Of a DNA stretch of 44,790 nucleotides, positions 20,024 to 29,388 are shown in pieces. Each line of letters starts with the position of its first letter. Position 1 is the stretch's first letter. Under the pieces are notes generated by a model. The model was not told the origin of the DNA, ran no database searches, and saw only the letters and a program-made list of their open reading frames with translations. The position numbers and the translations under genes are program-made. The stretch lies in assembly GCA_001275005.1 (NCBI GenBank), contig JWZX01002246.1:1-44790 (forward strand), in the 5' to 3' direction. The stretch is from Chrysochromulina tobinii (lineage: Eukaryota).

Positions 20024-21961
20024 CTAAGGTGGCCGCGGGGAGGCTCGGGTCGCACGCGCGATGGCACGCACAGCAGCGTACGCTTCAGCATGCTCGATCG
20101 AGGCTCGAGAGAAGGCGTTCGCGGCCGCGTGTGCAACCGCGCGGGGGGAGACATCGGACGCACTCGGGTCCCTCCCGTCGGAGCCGAGAGAGGGGGACCG
20201 GCCTCCGACGGGCGACACTTGAGGACTCGAGGCACGCAGGAGGGGGATACGGGAGGGCTGAAAACCACCCGGAGACTGACCCGGCGACGGCGGCAGCGTG
20301 ACTGAGGCCGCCGCCGCCGCTGCGGCATTTGCGGCCGCCAAGGCATCACTGCTCGTGGGCATCGGCCAGCGGACGCGAGGGCTCGTGTTGCTTTCGAGCC
20401 TCGGGCTGCGGGGGCTCGGTGTGGGGATCTTGGAGAGAGGCGCGGCTCCTCCTCGTGGTGGACGCTCTGAGGGGGTTGGCTCGAGTGGCCTGCTGCCGTT
20501 GCTCGAGTTGCTCTCGAGTAGTGGGCTGCGAAGGCTCGGGGGCGGGATCTTGGACGGCGGCTGGCCATCGGGCACACGGAGCGGTATGGCCACCTTGGGC
20601 GGCGAAGGGATGTGCGAGGGCGATCGAGGCGGTGAGGCCTCGGCATGGGCAGGTACCGCGACGACTTTGGTGGAGGCGACTCTGCTCGAGGCTCGACCAG
20701 GAGATGTGGGGATGGGGGCGGCTGGGCTCGAGGCTGGCGCTGTCGACGGCACGGTGATGGGGACGTTCTTGGGCTTGCGTGGAGCAGGCGACTTGCCCAA
20801 GTCGGCCGCACCCTTGAGGCTGCGCGAGAGCTCATGGCTCGACAGGTGCGCGACCGGCATGGGACGCGACTTGAGGCGGCCGGCCGCAGCGCCATAGAGC
20901 GGTGATGTGGGAGGTGGGACGAGTGGCGAGGTGGCCACGAGGCCCGACCCGCCTCGGCGCGCCGCCGAGGCATACTTGAACGCGTAATTGGCGCCAAAGT
21001 CGATGGGCGAGTCCTTGGGGAGCGGCCTCTCGCGGCGCTCGGTGGGCGGAGGGACGTTGGCGTTAGCGGGCGGTGGCGTGACGAGTCTCGCACCCGACGG
21101 CGGCGGCACAGGCGGCGGCTGCGGCGGATGACCCCTCTCCCACTCAATCCCCCGGAGAGAATCACGCACCGTTGCGAAGGCATTCTTGAGGTCCTCATCG
21201 GCGGCAGGCGAGAGCGCACTCGCAGCGAGATGGGCGAGTTTGAGCGCCTGCGCGCGCGACTCCGGGTCAGGGTCGGCTTGCGGCTTTCGGCCGCTCAGCG
21301 TGGCGATTGCCTCAGCCTCCACGTCGCGGAAGGCCGCGGCGGGGGGTGCCGGTGGCACACGTCGAGCCACCGACGGCGACGCCTGCACGTTGTCGACATG
21401 ACGAGCTGGTGGCACCGATGCTGTCGGATCTTCGGAGCCCGTGGGCGGCCTAGGCTGTGAAGGTGCTGGTGTTGACGGTGGCGGCGTCGCCCAGCTACCA
21501 CGAGTGGCCGCGGACGCGGGGGCGTCGCCAGACCCGATCTCGTCCTCCTCGCCTTCGTTTGGCCCGCCGTCCTCGTCCTCGTCGTCGAAGACGTTGTCGA
21601 AAGCAGCATCAGTTCGTTCGTCGCCCCTTTCCTTATCGTCCTCATCCTCGTCGTCATCGAGGCCGCCAAGGGCACCGTCGGTACGCCGGCTTAGCTCCCT
21701 TTGGATGCGTTCACGCAGCTCATCGAAGCGGCCGCGCAACTGGCCCAGCTCCGCATCGTCTGCGGCCCCGTGCAAAACAGCGTCTCCGGTGGATGCCTTC
21801 CGGTAGATTGGCACGCGGCCGGTATCGCCGTCCACATGCGTACCGTGGAGGACGCGCTCAAGGAAGAGCTGCGCATCTTCAGGGGGGGCGCGGTTGCTGC
21901 CGGACAGCAGCCCACTGTAGCGCATCAGAGGGCGACTGAGGCTAGGGTGCCGTGCCGACAT
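20024..21961 (-). CDS. Pro/Ser-rich disordered protein with N-terminal coiled coil and four SxIP motifs
   Basis: 645-aa ORF with ATG start; LGQLRGRFDELRERIQREL coil, an acidic tract, and SHIP, SKIP, SKIP, SRIP. Confidence 0.65.
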   Translation of the reverse strand: MSARHPSLSRPLMRYSGLLSGSNRAPPEDAQLFLERVLHGTHVDGDTGRVPIYRKASTGDAVLHGAADDAELGQLRGRFDELRERIQRELSRRTDGALGGLDDDEDEDDKERGDERTDAAFDNVFDDEDEDGGPNEGEEDEIGSGDAPASAATRGSWATPPPSTPAPSQPRPPTGSEDPTASVPPARHVDNVQASPSVARRVPPAPPAAAFRDVEAEAIATLSGRKPQADPDPESRAQALKLAHLAASALSPAADEDLKNAFATVRDSLRGIEWERGHPPQPPPVPPPSGARLVTPPPANANVPPPTERRERPLPKDSPIDFGANYAFKYASAARRGGSGLVATSPLVPPPTSPLYGAAAGRLKSRPMPVAHLSSHELSRSLKGAADLGKSPAPRKPKNVPITVPSTAPASSPAAPIPTSPGRASSRVASTKVVAVPAHAEASPPRSPSHIPSPPKVAIPLRVPDGQPPSKIPPPSLRSPLLESNSSNGSRPLEPTPSERPPRGGAAPLSKIPTPSPRSPRLESNTSPRVRWPMPTSSDALAAANAAAAAAASVTLPPSPGQSPGGFQPSRIPLLRASSPQVSPVGGRSPSLGSDGRDPSASDVSPRAVAHAAANAFSRASIEHAEAYAAVRAIARATRASPRPP

Positions 21962-22158
21962 GGGACCTTCACTCGCATTGCTGGGAAGCCGCGCGGTCGA
22001 CGTTTCCCATTAGTTTGAAAGATCACGTCAAAAAGGGGGGATCGTGCTGTCCTTCGAACTTTTGTGACGAAACCGTTGCGTGGAAAGCAGATTCCGGCAA
22101 CTTGCTCGACTGACGGGTTGTTTGCCCTTTGCCCCATTCCATTGTGTGTGTCTCGCTC

Positions 22159-24261
22159 ATGGACGACTCAGTTGGCGGCGCCGACTGGCAGCCCGTGCAG
22201 GAGATCGTGCGGCTCAACTTCAAGGCACTACATGATGTCGTCAAGGCGCACGGCGAGGCGCTCAAGTCTGTCGAGAAGGCAGTCGGAAGCAAGGTCAATC
22301 GGCAGGAGCACCAGGCGTTGCTGGCGGAAAAGGTGAGCGCGAGCGAGCTCAGCACCACTTTCGAGGAGCTCTCTCGAGTCATCGACGACAAGGCCGACGC
22401 GCGCGATATGAACGCGCTCGTACAGCGCATGGCCGGGCGCGCGGAGGTGCAGGCGGCACTCGCATCCAAGGCTGATGTGACCGAGGTGCAGCGGTGCCTC
22501 GATGCCAAGGCGGGTGTGGCGGAGATGCAGCAAAAGAGCGCGCAGCTCGAGTCGCGCCTCGCGTCCATGGAAGAGCGCTTCGTCGAGACTCTGTCAGCCA
22601 AAGTGGACATGGCGTTTGTTGACAAAGGCCTCGAGAGCCGGGCCACGCCAAACGAGGTGCGCGAGATGATCTCCGACGCGGTCAACGCCCTGCGCGAAGA
22701 CCTGCGCAAGGAGTTCACCGAGGCGCTTGAGGCCAAGGCGAGCAAAGCCTCGGTGGCCGCGGCCCTGCAGAAGAAGACGGCCCGTTCGGACGTCGAGACG
22801 CTGCTGGCCGCGCACGCAGAGCAGGTGAACACGTCGCTCGCGGCCAAGGCGGACGTCGAGGCAGTGTCTTTGGCACTCGCGGCGAAAGCTCCGCGTACGG
22901 AGATGCTCGCGCTGCTTAACGAGAAGCTTGGCGAGGCGCGCACCGCCCTCGAGTCGGCCATTAGGGTGGCGGCGGAGACTACCGCGCAGCAGCTGAGCGC
23001 CTCCCAGAGCGAAACCAAACGGCAGCTGCACGGGCTCAAGGATGACGTGGCCAAGGCTTATGAGGCTCTGAGCGCGACGAGCACGCGGCTCGAGCGTGAG
23101 CTGGCGCGGCAGGCGCAGGAGACGAGCGCGGCGCTCGCGGGTAAGGCCTCGGCCGCCGAGCTGCAGCAGCGCGCGCGCACATCGGCTGTGGATACGATGC
23201 TCTCTCTCAAGCCTGACCGATCGGAACTGGACGCGTCGGTGGCGGCGCTCTCGTCGCGGCTCTCTTCAGACCTGTCCCGCGCGGCGGCCGAGCTGCGCGC
23301 CCTCGTCGATGAGCGCCTCGCCACCGCCCAGATGCACACGCATGCGCTCTCGGAGAGCATCGCGAGTAAGGCCGAGCGAACGCACGTGGAGGCCGCCCTC
23401 ACTGCCAAGTGCGACACGCGCGAGGTCGAGCTTTGGCTACAGTCCAAGGCATCGCTCGAGGAGGTGACTGCCCAGATCGAGATGCGCGAGCGCGAGACGA
23501 TGCTCGCCCTCGACTCGAAGGCGACCGGCGCCGATCTGCGCGCGACCGAACAGCGTGTGGATGCGAAGCTCACCTCCCTCGCGGAGCGCCAAGCTGTGCA
23601 GCTTCGCGAAGCCACCGCGTCCCTCGCGCACGTGTCCGACGTGCAGTCGGTCGTCGAGCAACTCGTGAGCAAGAGCTCGATCGAGGGGGCCCTGCTCGCG
23701 CTCGACAAGAAGGCCAACGTGGATGACATCAACCGATCACTCATGGAGGTCAATCGTGAGCTCGCGCAGCGGCCGACGCTGAGCGAGCTCAACCGGGTCA
23801 TTGGCGAGCAGTCGCTGATCATGGAGTCGCTCTGCTCAGAGCACCTGCTCGGTCGCTGGATTTGGAAGTCAGGCAAGGCCAAAGGCGAGAAGAACACGGT
23901 CCCCTGGAACGTGCAGAACATCAACACCAACCCGGAGAACTTTCTGTGGGAAAAAGACCGGTGCGCGATCACCACCGTCGCCCCCGGGTTGTACGAGGTC
24001 ACATTTGGCTTCTTCACGCGCAAGAAGCCCTCAGTGCAGCTTCTCGTCAACGGCGAGCCGGTGCTCTCCGCCGTCAATTCGGCTTCGTACGCGGTCCATC
24101 ACTCGTCCGGACGTCTGGCTGCCGTTGGACCGCACCCCGCGGGCAACGTCACCGGTCTCACGCTCATCGACTACCTCGCGCTGCCGCCCAAGGCGCGTAT
24201 CTCGTGCTCTTACCAGGGAGAGGAGGGCGGCGAGGGCTTCCTTGGGCTGCGCAAGATGTGA
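22159..24261 (+). CDS. Long coiled-coil protein with recurring L-x-x-K-A-D/S units and C-terminal C1q/TNF-like beta domain
   Basis: Many KAD/KAS/KAN repeats. The C-terminus reads RWIWKSG..VPWNVQ..FLWEKD..APGLYEVTFGFF..QLLVNGE..GFLGLRKM. First ATG at 22159. Confidence 0.75.
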   Translation: MDDSVGGADWQPVQEIVRLNFKALHDVVKAHGEALKSVEKAVGSKVNRQEHQALLAEKVSASELSTTFEELSRVIDDKADARDMNALVQRMAGRAEVQAALASKADVTEVQRCLDAKAGVAEMQQKSAQLESRLASMEERFVETLSAKVDMAFVDKGLESRATPNEVREMISDAVNALREDLRKEFTEALEAKASKASVAAALQKKTARSDVETLLAAHAEQVNTSLAAKADVEAVSLALAAKAPRTEMLALLNEKLGEARTALESAIRVAAETTAQQLSASQSETKRQLHGLKDDVAKAYEALSATSTRLERELARQAQETSAALAGKASAAELQQRARTSAVDTMLSLKPDRSELDASVAALSSRLSSDLSRAAAELRALVDERLATAQMHTHALSESIASKAERTHVEAALTAKCDTREVELWLQSKASLEEVTAQIEMRERETMLALDSKATGADLRATEQRVDAKLTSLAERQAVQLREATASLAHVSDVQSVVEQLVSKSSIEGALLALDKKANVDDINRSLMEVNRELAQRPTLSELNRVIGEQSLIMESLCSEHLLGRWIWKSGKAKGEKNTVPWNVQNINTNPENFLWEKDRCAITTVAPGLYEVTFGFFTRKKPSVQLLVNGEPVLSAVNSASYAVHHSSGRLAAVGPHPAGNVTGLTLIDYLALPPKARISCSYQGEEGGEGFLGLRKM

Positions 24262-24769
24262 GCGCGCACCCGCGCTCTCGAGGATTCGCGCCTCTGCTGC
24301 GCTCTTGGTCGTGTACATCCTTGGTCTATGCACTGCGCTCCTCTGGAAGGCTGACAGCACACTTTTGTGCTCTTGTCGCCCTCCCACGGGTTGGCGGTTG
24401 CGCGGCTGCGGCCATCCAGATGCTGTTTCTCTCGTAGTGTTCCCCGGCAGACGATGTCAGATGACCCATCGCATCGCCGACGCACGTGTGCGTTGAGTTC
24501 GCCTCTTCATAAACATTGCTCATTGGCATTTGGCTGTGAACACCAACGTGGCTGTGTGAAAACCTTTAGATTTATCTAATTCTTAACAGAAGAAGGATTT
24601 GAGAAACGATACATGTAGCGAGGGGCTCGACGGTCGGGTTTGGGAGTACAATCCTGGACCACCTGGAGTATGGAGTGCGGTGCGTGGGGTGTGTTTTGTG
24701 AGAAAGCTCGAATTCTCCTCTGGCGCTTTGTTCTCAACCGTCTTGCACTCGTCTTTCGGCATTGCGCGC

Positions 24770-27700
24770 ATGAAGCTGATGCAAGGTGGCTTTAAGCCAC
24801 AGGTCCTTGTGCAAGCCGCAGAGGCGAGGAGGCAAAATGCCCTGGTGGTCGGCGAGCCCAAAGCGCTGCATCCTCGCCGCAACCTCCACCCGCTGGAGCC
24901 CAACGCTTGGCCGCGGGTAGAGGTCCTGGTGCCACCCGTGGAGAAGCCGGCGGTGAAGGCAGTGGCCCCTGCTCATGCCGCCTTCAGCTCGAGCCCCGAT
25001 GCTTGGGTTCTCTACACGGAGGATGGCAGCGCGAAGCACTCGCTTACCGGTGGCACCCGACTGTGGGTGGGCCGGTGGCACGAAAAGGTGGACCTCTGGC
25101 TTAACGATGAAGGCAAGCTGAGCAAGGCGTCCCGTGTGCACGCACGGCTGGACTTCTCAGAGGAAAAGGGGTTCTGGAGCATCGCCGACAATGGGTCGGC
25201 GAACGGTACCTACGTGAATGGCGTCAAGATCCCGTTGGAAACGCAGGTTGACTTGCACGCAGGCGACCACGTGGGTTTCGGCAGCTGCGCAGAAGATGTT
25301 GCCGCCGAGGCCAAGGAGAAAGAGCGCGAGACGGCACGCTTCCATTTCGTGATGCGCATGAAGCCGCGGCGGAAACCAACCGCATCCGAGCTCGCGGCCG
25401 CCACTACTGCGGCCGAGACTGCTGCCGCCGCTCTCCCGCACGTTGCCCCACCATCGCTCCCCGCACCGGCGTCGCCAACGCTCACGTCAACAGCAACGGC
25501 GGCGCCCGCGGTGGCGCCAGTAGCGGCACCCGCGGTGTTGTCACCGTCTCCACCAGTTGCGGCGCCTGCATCGCCACCGCCGCCACCGTCTGCTGCGAGA
25601 AATGTGCAGGCTGCTGCCAGCCCGCCTACAAAGAAGGCGACGCCCGCCATGGGTAAAGATGCCCAGGCTGCGTACGAGGCGGGCGAGCGCGCGACACTGC
25701 TCTCTCTGCTCTCTGCCCTCAAGGCTCAGATGAAGGCTAGCTCGACACAGCTTCAGGCCGCCACGGCTGAGCGCGACGCAGCCCGTGCGGCGGGAGTCGT
25801 GGATTGCCGCGTGCTCAGCGCCGAGCTCTCAACGGTTGAAGAGCGCACATATGACGCGGAGGCCGCGGTCTGCCAGCTCCAACAGGCGCACGCGGTGGCG
25901 ACGCGAGCGTACGAAGAGGCGCGCTCTGCTTTGGCCGAGATGGAGGTTTCACGCGATGCGGCCCTGCGGGCGGCGGAGGCAGCGCAGAGCGAGGCGCGCC
26001 GAGCCCAAGACGTGGCTGCGGCTGCGGTGCAGCAGCAGCAGCAGGCAGCCGCTGATGAGAAGGCAGCGAGGGCGTATGCGCACAGCCTTGGAGCTTCAGC
26101 ACCGCAGCCGGCGCTGCCGCTACCAGCACAGTCTCAGCCCCCGACGCCGCCGCCGCCCGCCGAGTGGATCGCTGCGCGCCGGGCGCTCCGTGCACCACCT
26201 TTGCAACGGCCCAGCAGCGCACCAGCGCCGCACCTTTGCAGCAATGGCCTGGGCGCACTCCCAGAGGGGAGCGCGAGTACCCCTGACCACCTGTCCGCCG
26301 AGCAGACGCGTGCTGCATGGGCAGAGGCGACGGCGACAGCGGCGGCAGTGCCGACCGAGGCGGCCACCGTTTCCGTTGCGCCGGTTGATGCGCAGGCGGA
26401 GGCGGAGGCGGAGGCGATGCCGGTGCCGGCAGTGCCTGCGTCCGCCACGCCAGCTCTCTCGCCGTTAGCAGCCGCGCTCGGCCGCCCCAGCGTCGCTGCA
26501 GCCGTCTTGAACGCCACCTACGTCGATGTGCAGACCCCGAGCGACCCTAGTGGCAAGATGGTTCTCCTCCCCGGTCAGATAGTTTTGCTCCCTGGCTCCC
26601 CCGGCCTCACCTCGCCCGGAAGCGTCTTCAACCTGTCCTCGCGGCTGCACGAGCTGCTGCCGGAGGGTGAGGAGAGTGTCGATGAGTCGCCCGCCGCGAC
26701 ACGGGCGCAACGCGTCGCCGCCTCTCTTTCGCCGACGACGCCTTCCGTGCCAACTGGCACGCCAATCGTGCCTGGCACCGCGCCAGCCACCGCACCTGGC
26801 ACCGCGCCAGCCACCGCGCCTGGCACCGCGCCTGGCACCGCGCCTGGCACCGCACCTGGGAGTGGCACGGAGGCGCCCGCGACCTCGAGTTCGGCCATCG
26901 ATCGACCCTCGAGCGATGCGGTCCGGGCGGTGCTTGAGGCGGCGGAGGCGCATGCTGCACGTCTGGAAGCGAAGCTGCACGAAGCCACCTTGCGCGCGCA
27001 GCTCGCCGAGGAGCGCAGCAAGCGTGCCGAATGCGATGCATCGCGCTTCGAGGTGCTGTGCAGCCGCGAGGCCGCCTCCGCTAAGGTGGCGGCCGAGGAA
27101 GCAGCCGTCGCCAAGGCGGCTGCCGAGCAAGCGGCTGCCGACCTCGCCTTGACCAAGTCGGCGCTCGCAGACGCGCGGACGGCAGCTCGTGCATCCGCGA
27201 CGGCAGCGGCTGCTGCATCCAAGCAGGCGGAGCTAATGGAGCTCGAGGTGGCGGCGATGCGGGCGGAGATGTGTGCGCGCGAGGAGACGCACCACGCGGC
27301 CATGACGGCGATGGCGAGCATCGTGGGTCAGGTGGAGACCATCGATCGGGACGAGGCGCACGCGGCGATGGCCGAGCCGGGCACGCCTACTGGACGCGAG
27401 CAGCTCCAGGCCACGCTGAATGCGAGCATGAATGCGAGCACCGCCAACCAGGCGGAAGTGATCGCGACGGCGCGTGCGGCCGCGGTGGCTGCCGAGCAGC
27501 AGAAACAAGAGGCGGAGGCGGCGGCATGGTGGGCGGCCACAGCCGCGCGCGAGGAGGCGGCCTCAACCGCAGCGCGAGAGCTGGCGGAGGCGGCGGCGGC
27601 TTTGGAGGCGGAGCGCTCGGCGAGGCGGCAATCGGAGGCCATCTTGAGCGAGCACCTCGAGGACGCTCGCCGCCGCGCCGCTGCCGCCGAAACCGCCGCC

Positions 27701-28306
27701 GCTCGGCGCGAGGCGGAGCTCAGCCAGCTCCGTCGCGAGCTTCAGAGCTCGGTCGGTTCGATGGGTGGCTCGATGTGTGGCTCGATGGGCGGCTCGACGA
27801 GCGTGCCGGCGGCGGCGGCAGCCGTCAGCTCAATCGTCAGCTCGATGAGCCATAGTGGCATGAATGCTGCTGGGGGCTCGGCGGCGGCGTGCTATGCCGA
27901 TTTCGCGGCGGCGGCGGCTTCGTACTACGCCGATGCGGCGCCTGAGCCGGTGCCGCTGCCATGCGTGCCGATGGACGAAATCGAGCTGCCGTTCTCAGCG
28001 CTCAGGGCGTGGGCGATGCAGCCGCAGCCGCTGGCCGAGCCCGTCAAGCCCGCGACGCCGCTCGCTCCCCGGCACGCTCGGAGGCGTAACGAGCGACTCT
28101 CCGTGCCCGCGTTGCCGCCGCCTTCGATGAACCCCGGTCCGTGGCCCGGCGGGCAGGTGGTGTCCGCGACGACGGCCGCCGCGGCTGAGTCGAATCGTGA
28201 GCTCAAGCTGCCGCCGAGCCGCTTGGGCACGCCGACGTCGAAGGGGCTCCTCGGCCGCTTCACGAGCCTCTTCCGTGGCCGCTCGCCCACGAAACCCGAG
28301 AACTAG
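24770..28306 (+). CDS. FHA-domain protein with Ala-rich coiled coils
   Basis: FHA motifs VGR, ASRVHARL, DNGSANGTYVNG, GDHVGFG. First ATG at 24770; introns cannot be excluded. Confidence 0.8.
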   Translation: MKLMQGGFKPQVLVQAAEARRQNALVVGEPKALHPRRNLHPLEPNAWPRVEVLVPPVEKPAVKAVAPAHAAFSSSPDAWVLYTEDGSAKHSLTGGTRLWVGRWHEKVDLWLNDEGKLSKASRVHARLDFSEEKGFWSIADNGSANGTYVNGVKIPLETQVDLHAGDHVGFGSCAEDVAAEAKEKERETARFHFVMRMKPRRKPTASELAAATTAAETAAAALPHVAPPSLPAPASPTLTSTATAAPAVAPVAAPAVLSPSPPVAAPASPPPPPSAARNVQAAASPPTKKATPAMGKDAQAAYEAGERATLLSLLSALKAQMKASSTQLQAATAERDAARAAGVVDCRVLSAELSTVEERTYDAEAAVCQLQQAHAVATRAYEEARSALAEMEVSRDAALRAAEAAQSEARRAQDVAAAAVQQQQQAAADEKAARAYAHSLGASAPQPALPLPAQSQPPTPPPPAEWIAARRALRAPPLQRPSSAPAPHLCSNGLGALPEGSASTPDHLSAEQTRAAWAEATATAAAVPTEAATVSVAPVDAQAEAEAEAMPVPAVPASATPALSPLAAALGRPSVAAAVLNATYVDVQTPSDPSGKMVLLPGQIVLLPGSPGLTSPGSVFNLSSRLHELLPEGEESVDESPAATRAQRVAASLSPTTPSVPTGTPIVPGTAPATAPGTAPATAPGTAPGTAPGTAPGSGTEAPATSSSAIDRPSSDAVRAVLEAAEAHAARLEAKLHEATLRAQLAEERSKRAECDASRFEVLCSREAASAKVAAEEAAVAKAAAEQAAADLALTKSALADARTAARASATAAAAASKQAELMELEVAAMRAEMCAREETHHAAMTAMASIVGQVETIDRDEAHAAMAEPGTPTGREQLQATLNASMNASTANQAEVIATARAAAVAAEQQKQEAEAAAWWAATAAREEAASTAARELAEAAAALEAERSARRQSEAILSEHLEDARRRAAAAETAAARREAELSQLRRELQSSVGSMGGSMCGSMGGSTSVPAAAAAVSSIVSSMSHSGMNAAGGSAAACYADFAAAAASYYADAAPEPVPLPCVPMDEIELPFSALRAWAMQPQPLAEPVKPATPLAPRHARRRNERLSVPALPPPSMNPGPWPGGQVVSATTAAAAESNRELKLPPSRLGTPTSKGLLGRFTSLFRGRSPTKPEN
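26771..26860 (+). repeat. Coding 12-bp-unit tandem repeat (PGTA/PATA)
   Basis: cctggcaccgcg / ccagccaccgca units repeated about 7 times. Confidence 0.85.
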
Positions 28307-28813
28307 ATACCCGAGTGATTTCCGGCGAGCTCTTGTACATCGTGCCTGGTTCGCCTGTGTTGCATGATCGTGAGCTGGAGACGAGGTCTATTCGAGGCGC
28401 ACGCGCGGCCCCGCGTCGCGCGGTCCAGAGGCGGAGCGCGAGCCGCGGAAGTGAACGAGTGCGAACAGCTGCCCTCTGTGCTCTCTGACACTCGTGAGGC
28501 GAGCGCGCTGTGGACTCATCTCGGTTGCAGCAAACTCTACGAAATTGCAGCAAGTGACTTCGACCTAGCCGTGCAAGTTGCCATGTGGAGTTGGGAGTTT
28601 AAACAGGGCATTCTATCATACAGAGGAGAGGGTTCTATGTACGACACACGCACGTCGGCGAGTCGAGCTCCAGAGAGCCAGAGTCGCCCGAGTGTCGGGT
28701 ATGATACTGATCAACCGTATGAGGCCAACGGGGTGAAAGCCGTCGATCGCGTGCGCGGGCTTCACAGATCTCACGCTCCAAGAGTCTAAGACTGCGCACT
28801 AGATGCGCCTGTA

Positions 28814-29221
28814 CTACCTTTGGTGTTGCTCGGGCGCCGCATCAACGTCCAGCTTCTCGCTGCTGTAGAGCTTGACTCTCGCACTGCAGCCTGGATGTAG
28901 TACAAGGATCGTGTGCTCGAGGTAGCGCAAAAAGTGCACGACGTTGGTCGCGTCCTGCCCCGTGGTTGAGTCGCCATAGATCTCGATGAGCCGCTTGTGC
29001 GTGTCCTTCTGGAATTGCAACTTTGACTTGGAGTGCACGAACGGGCTGCGGTTGACAGAGAATTTCATCTTGTCAGTCGGCAGCGGCACCGTGCCCCCAA
29101 GCTTGATGTTCATCTTTTCTGCTGAGCGGCGGATGTCGTTGACCGCGTCGGTCACATATTTGGGATGATAGGAGCGCAGATGCAACTGTGCGAGGCGCTG
29201 AAGGGAGCTGCGAATTGACAT
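28814..29221 (-). CDS. rps10: Ribosomal protein uS10, bacterial-type, probably mitochondrial
   Basis: LHLRSY, GTVPLPT, FSVNRSPFVHSKSKLQF, THKRLI. The short basic/Ser N-terminus lacks a signal peptide. Confidence 0.88.
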   Translation of the reverse strand: MSIRSSLQRLAQLHLRSYHPKYVTDAVNDIRRSAEKMNIKLGGTVPLPTDKMKFSVNRSPFVHSKSKLQFQKDTHKRLIEIYGDSTTGQDATNVVHFLRYLEHTILVLHPGCSARVKLYSSEKLDVDAAPEQHQR

Positions 29222-29388
29222 CGTGTCGCAAGTTGCAGGGATTGCTCACATCATTAAGATCTTCATCTTGTGTGGCCTCACCCCCTTCGTGACACGTCTG
29301 CTCACGAACTCTGCACGACTTTACATGTAGTGTGCATATTGTGCGGGACTTCCCAGCGTTTCAAAAAGGAAGGTCGGAAGGAACCCCG

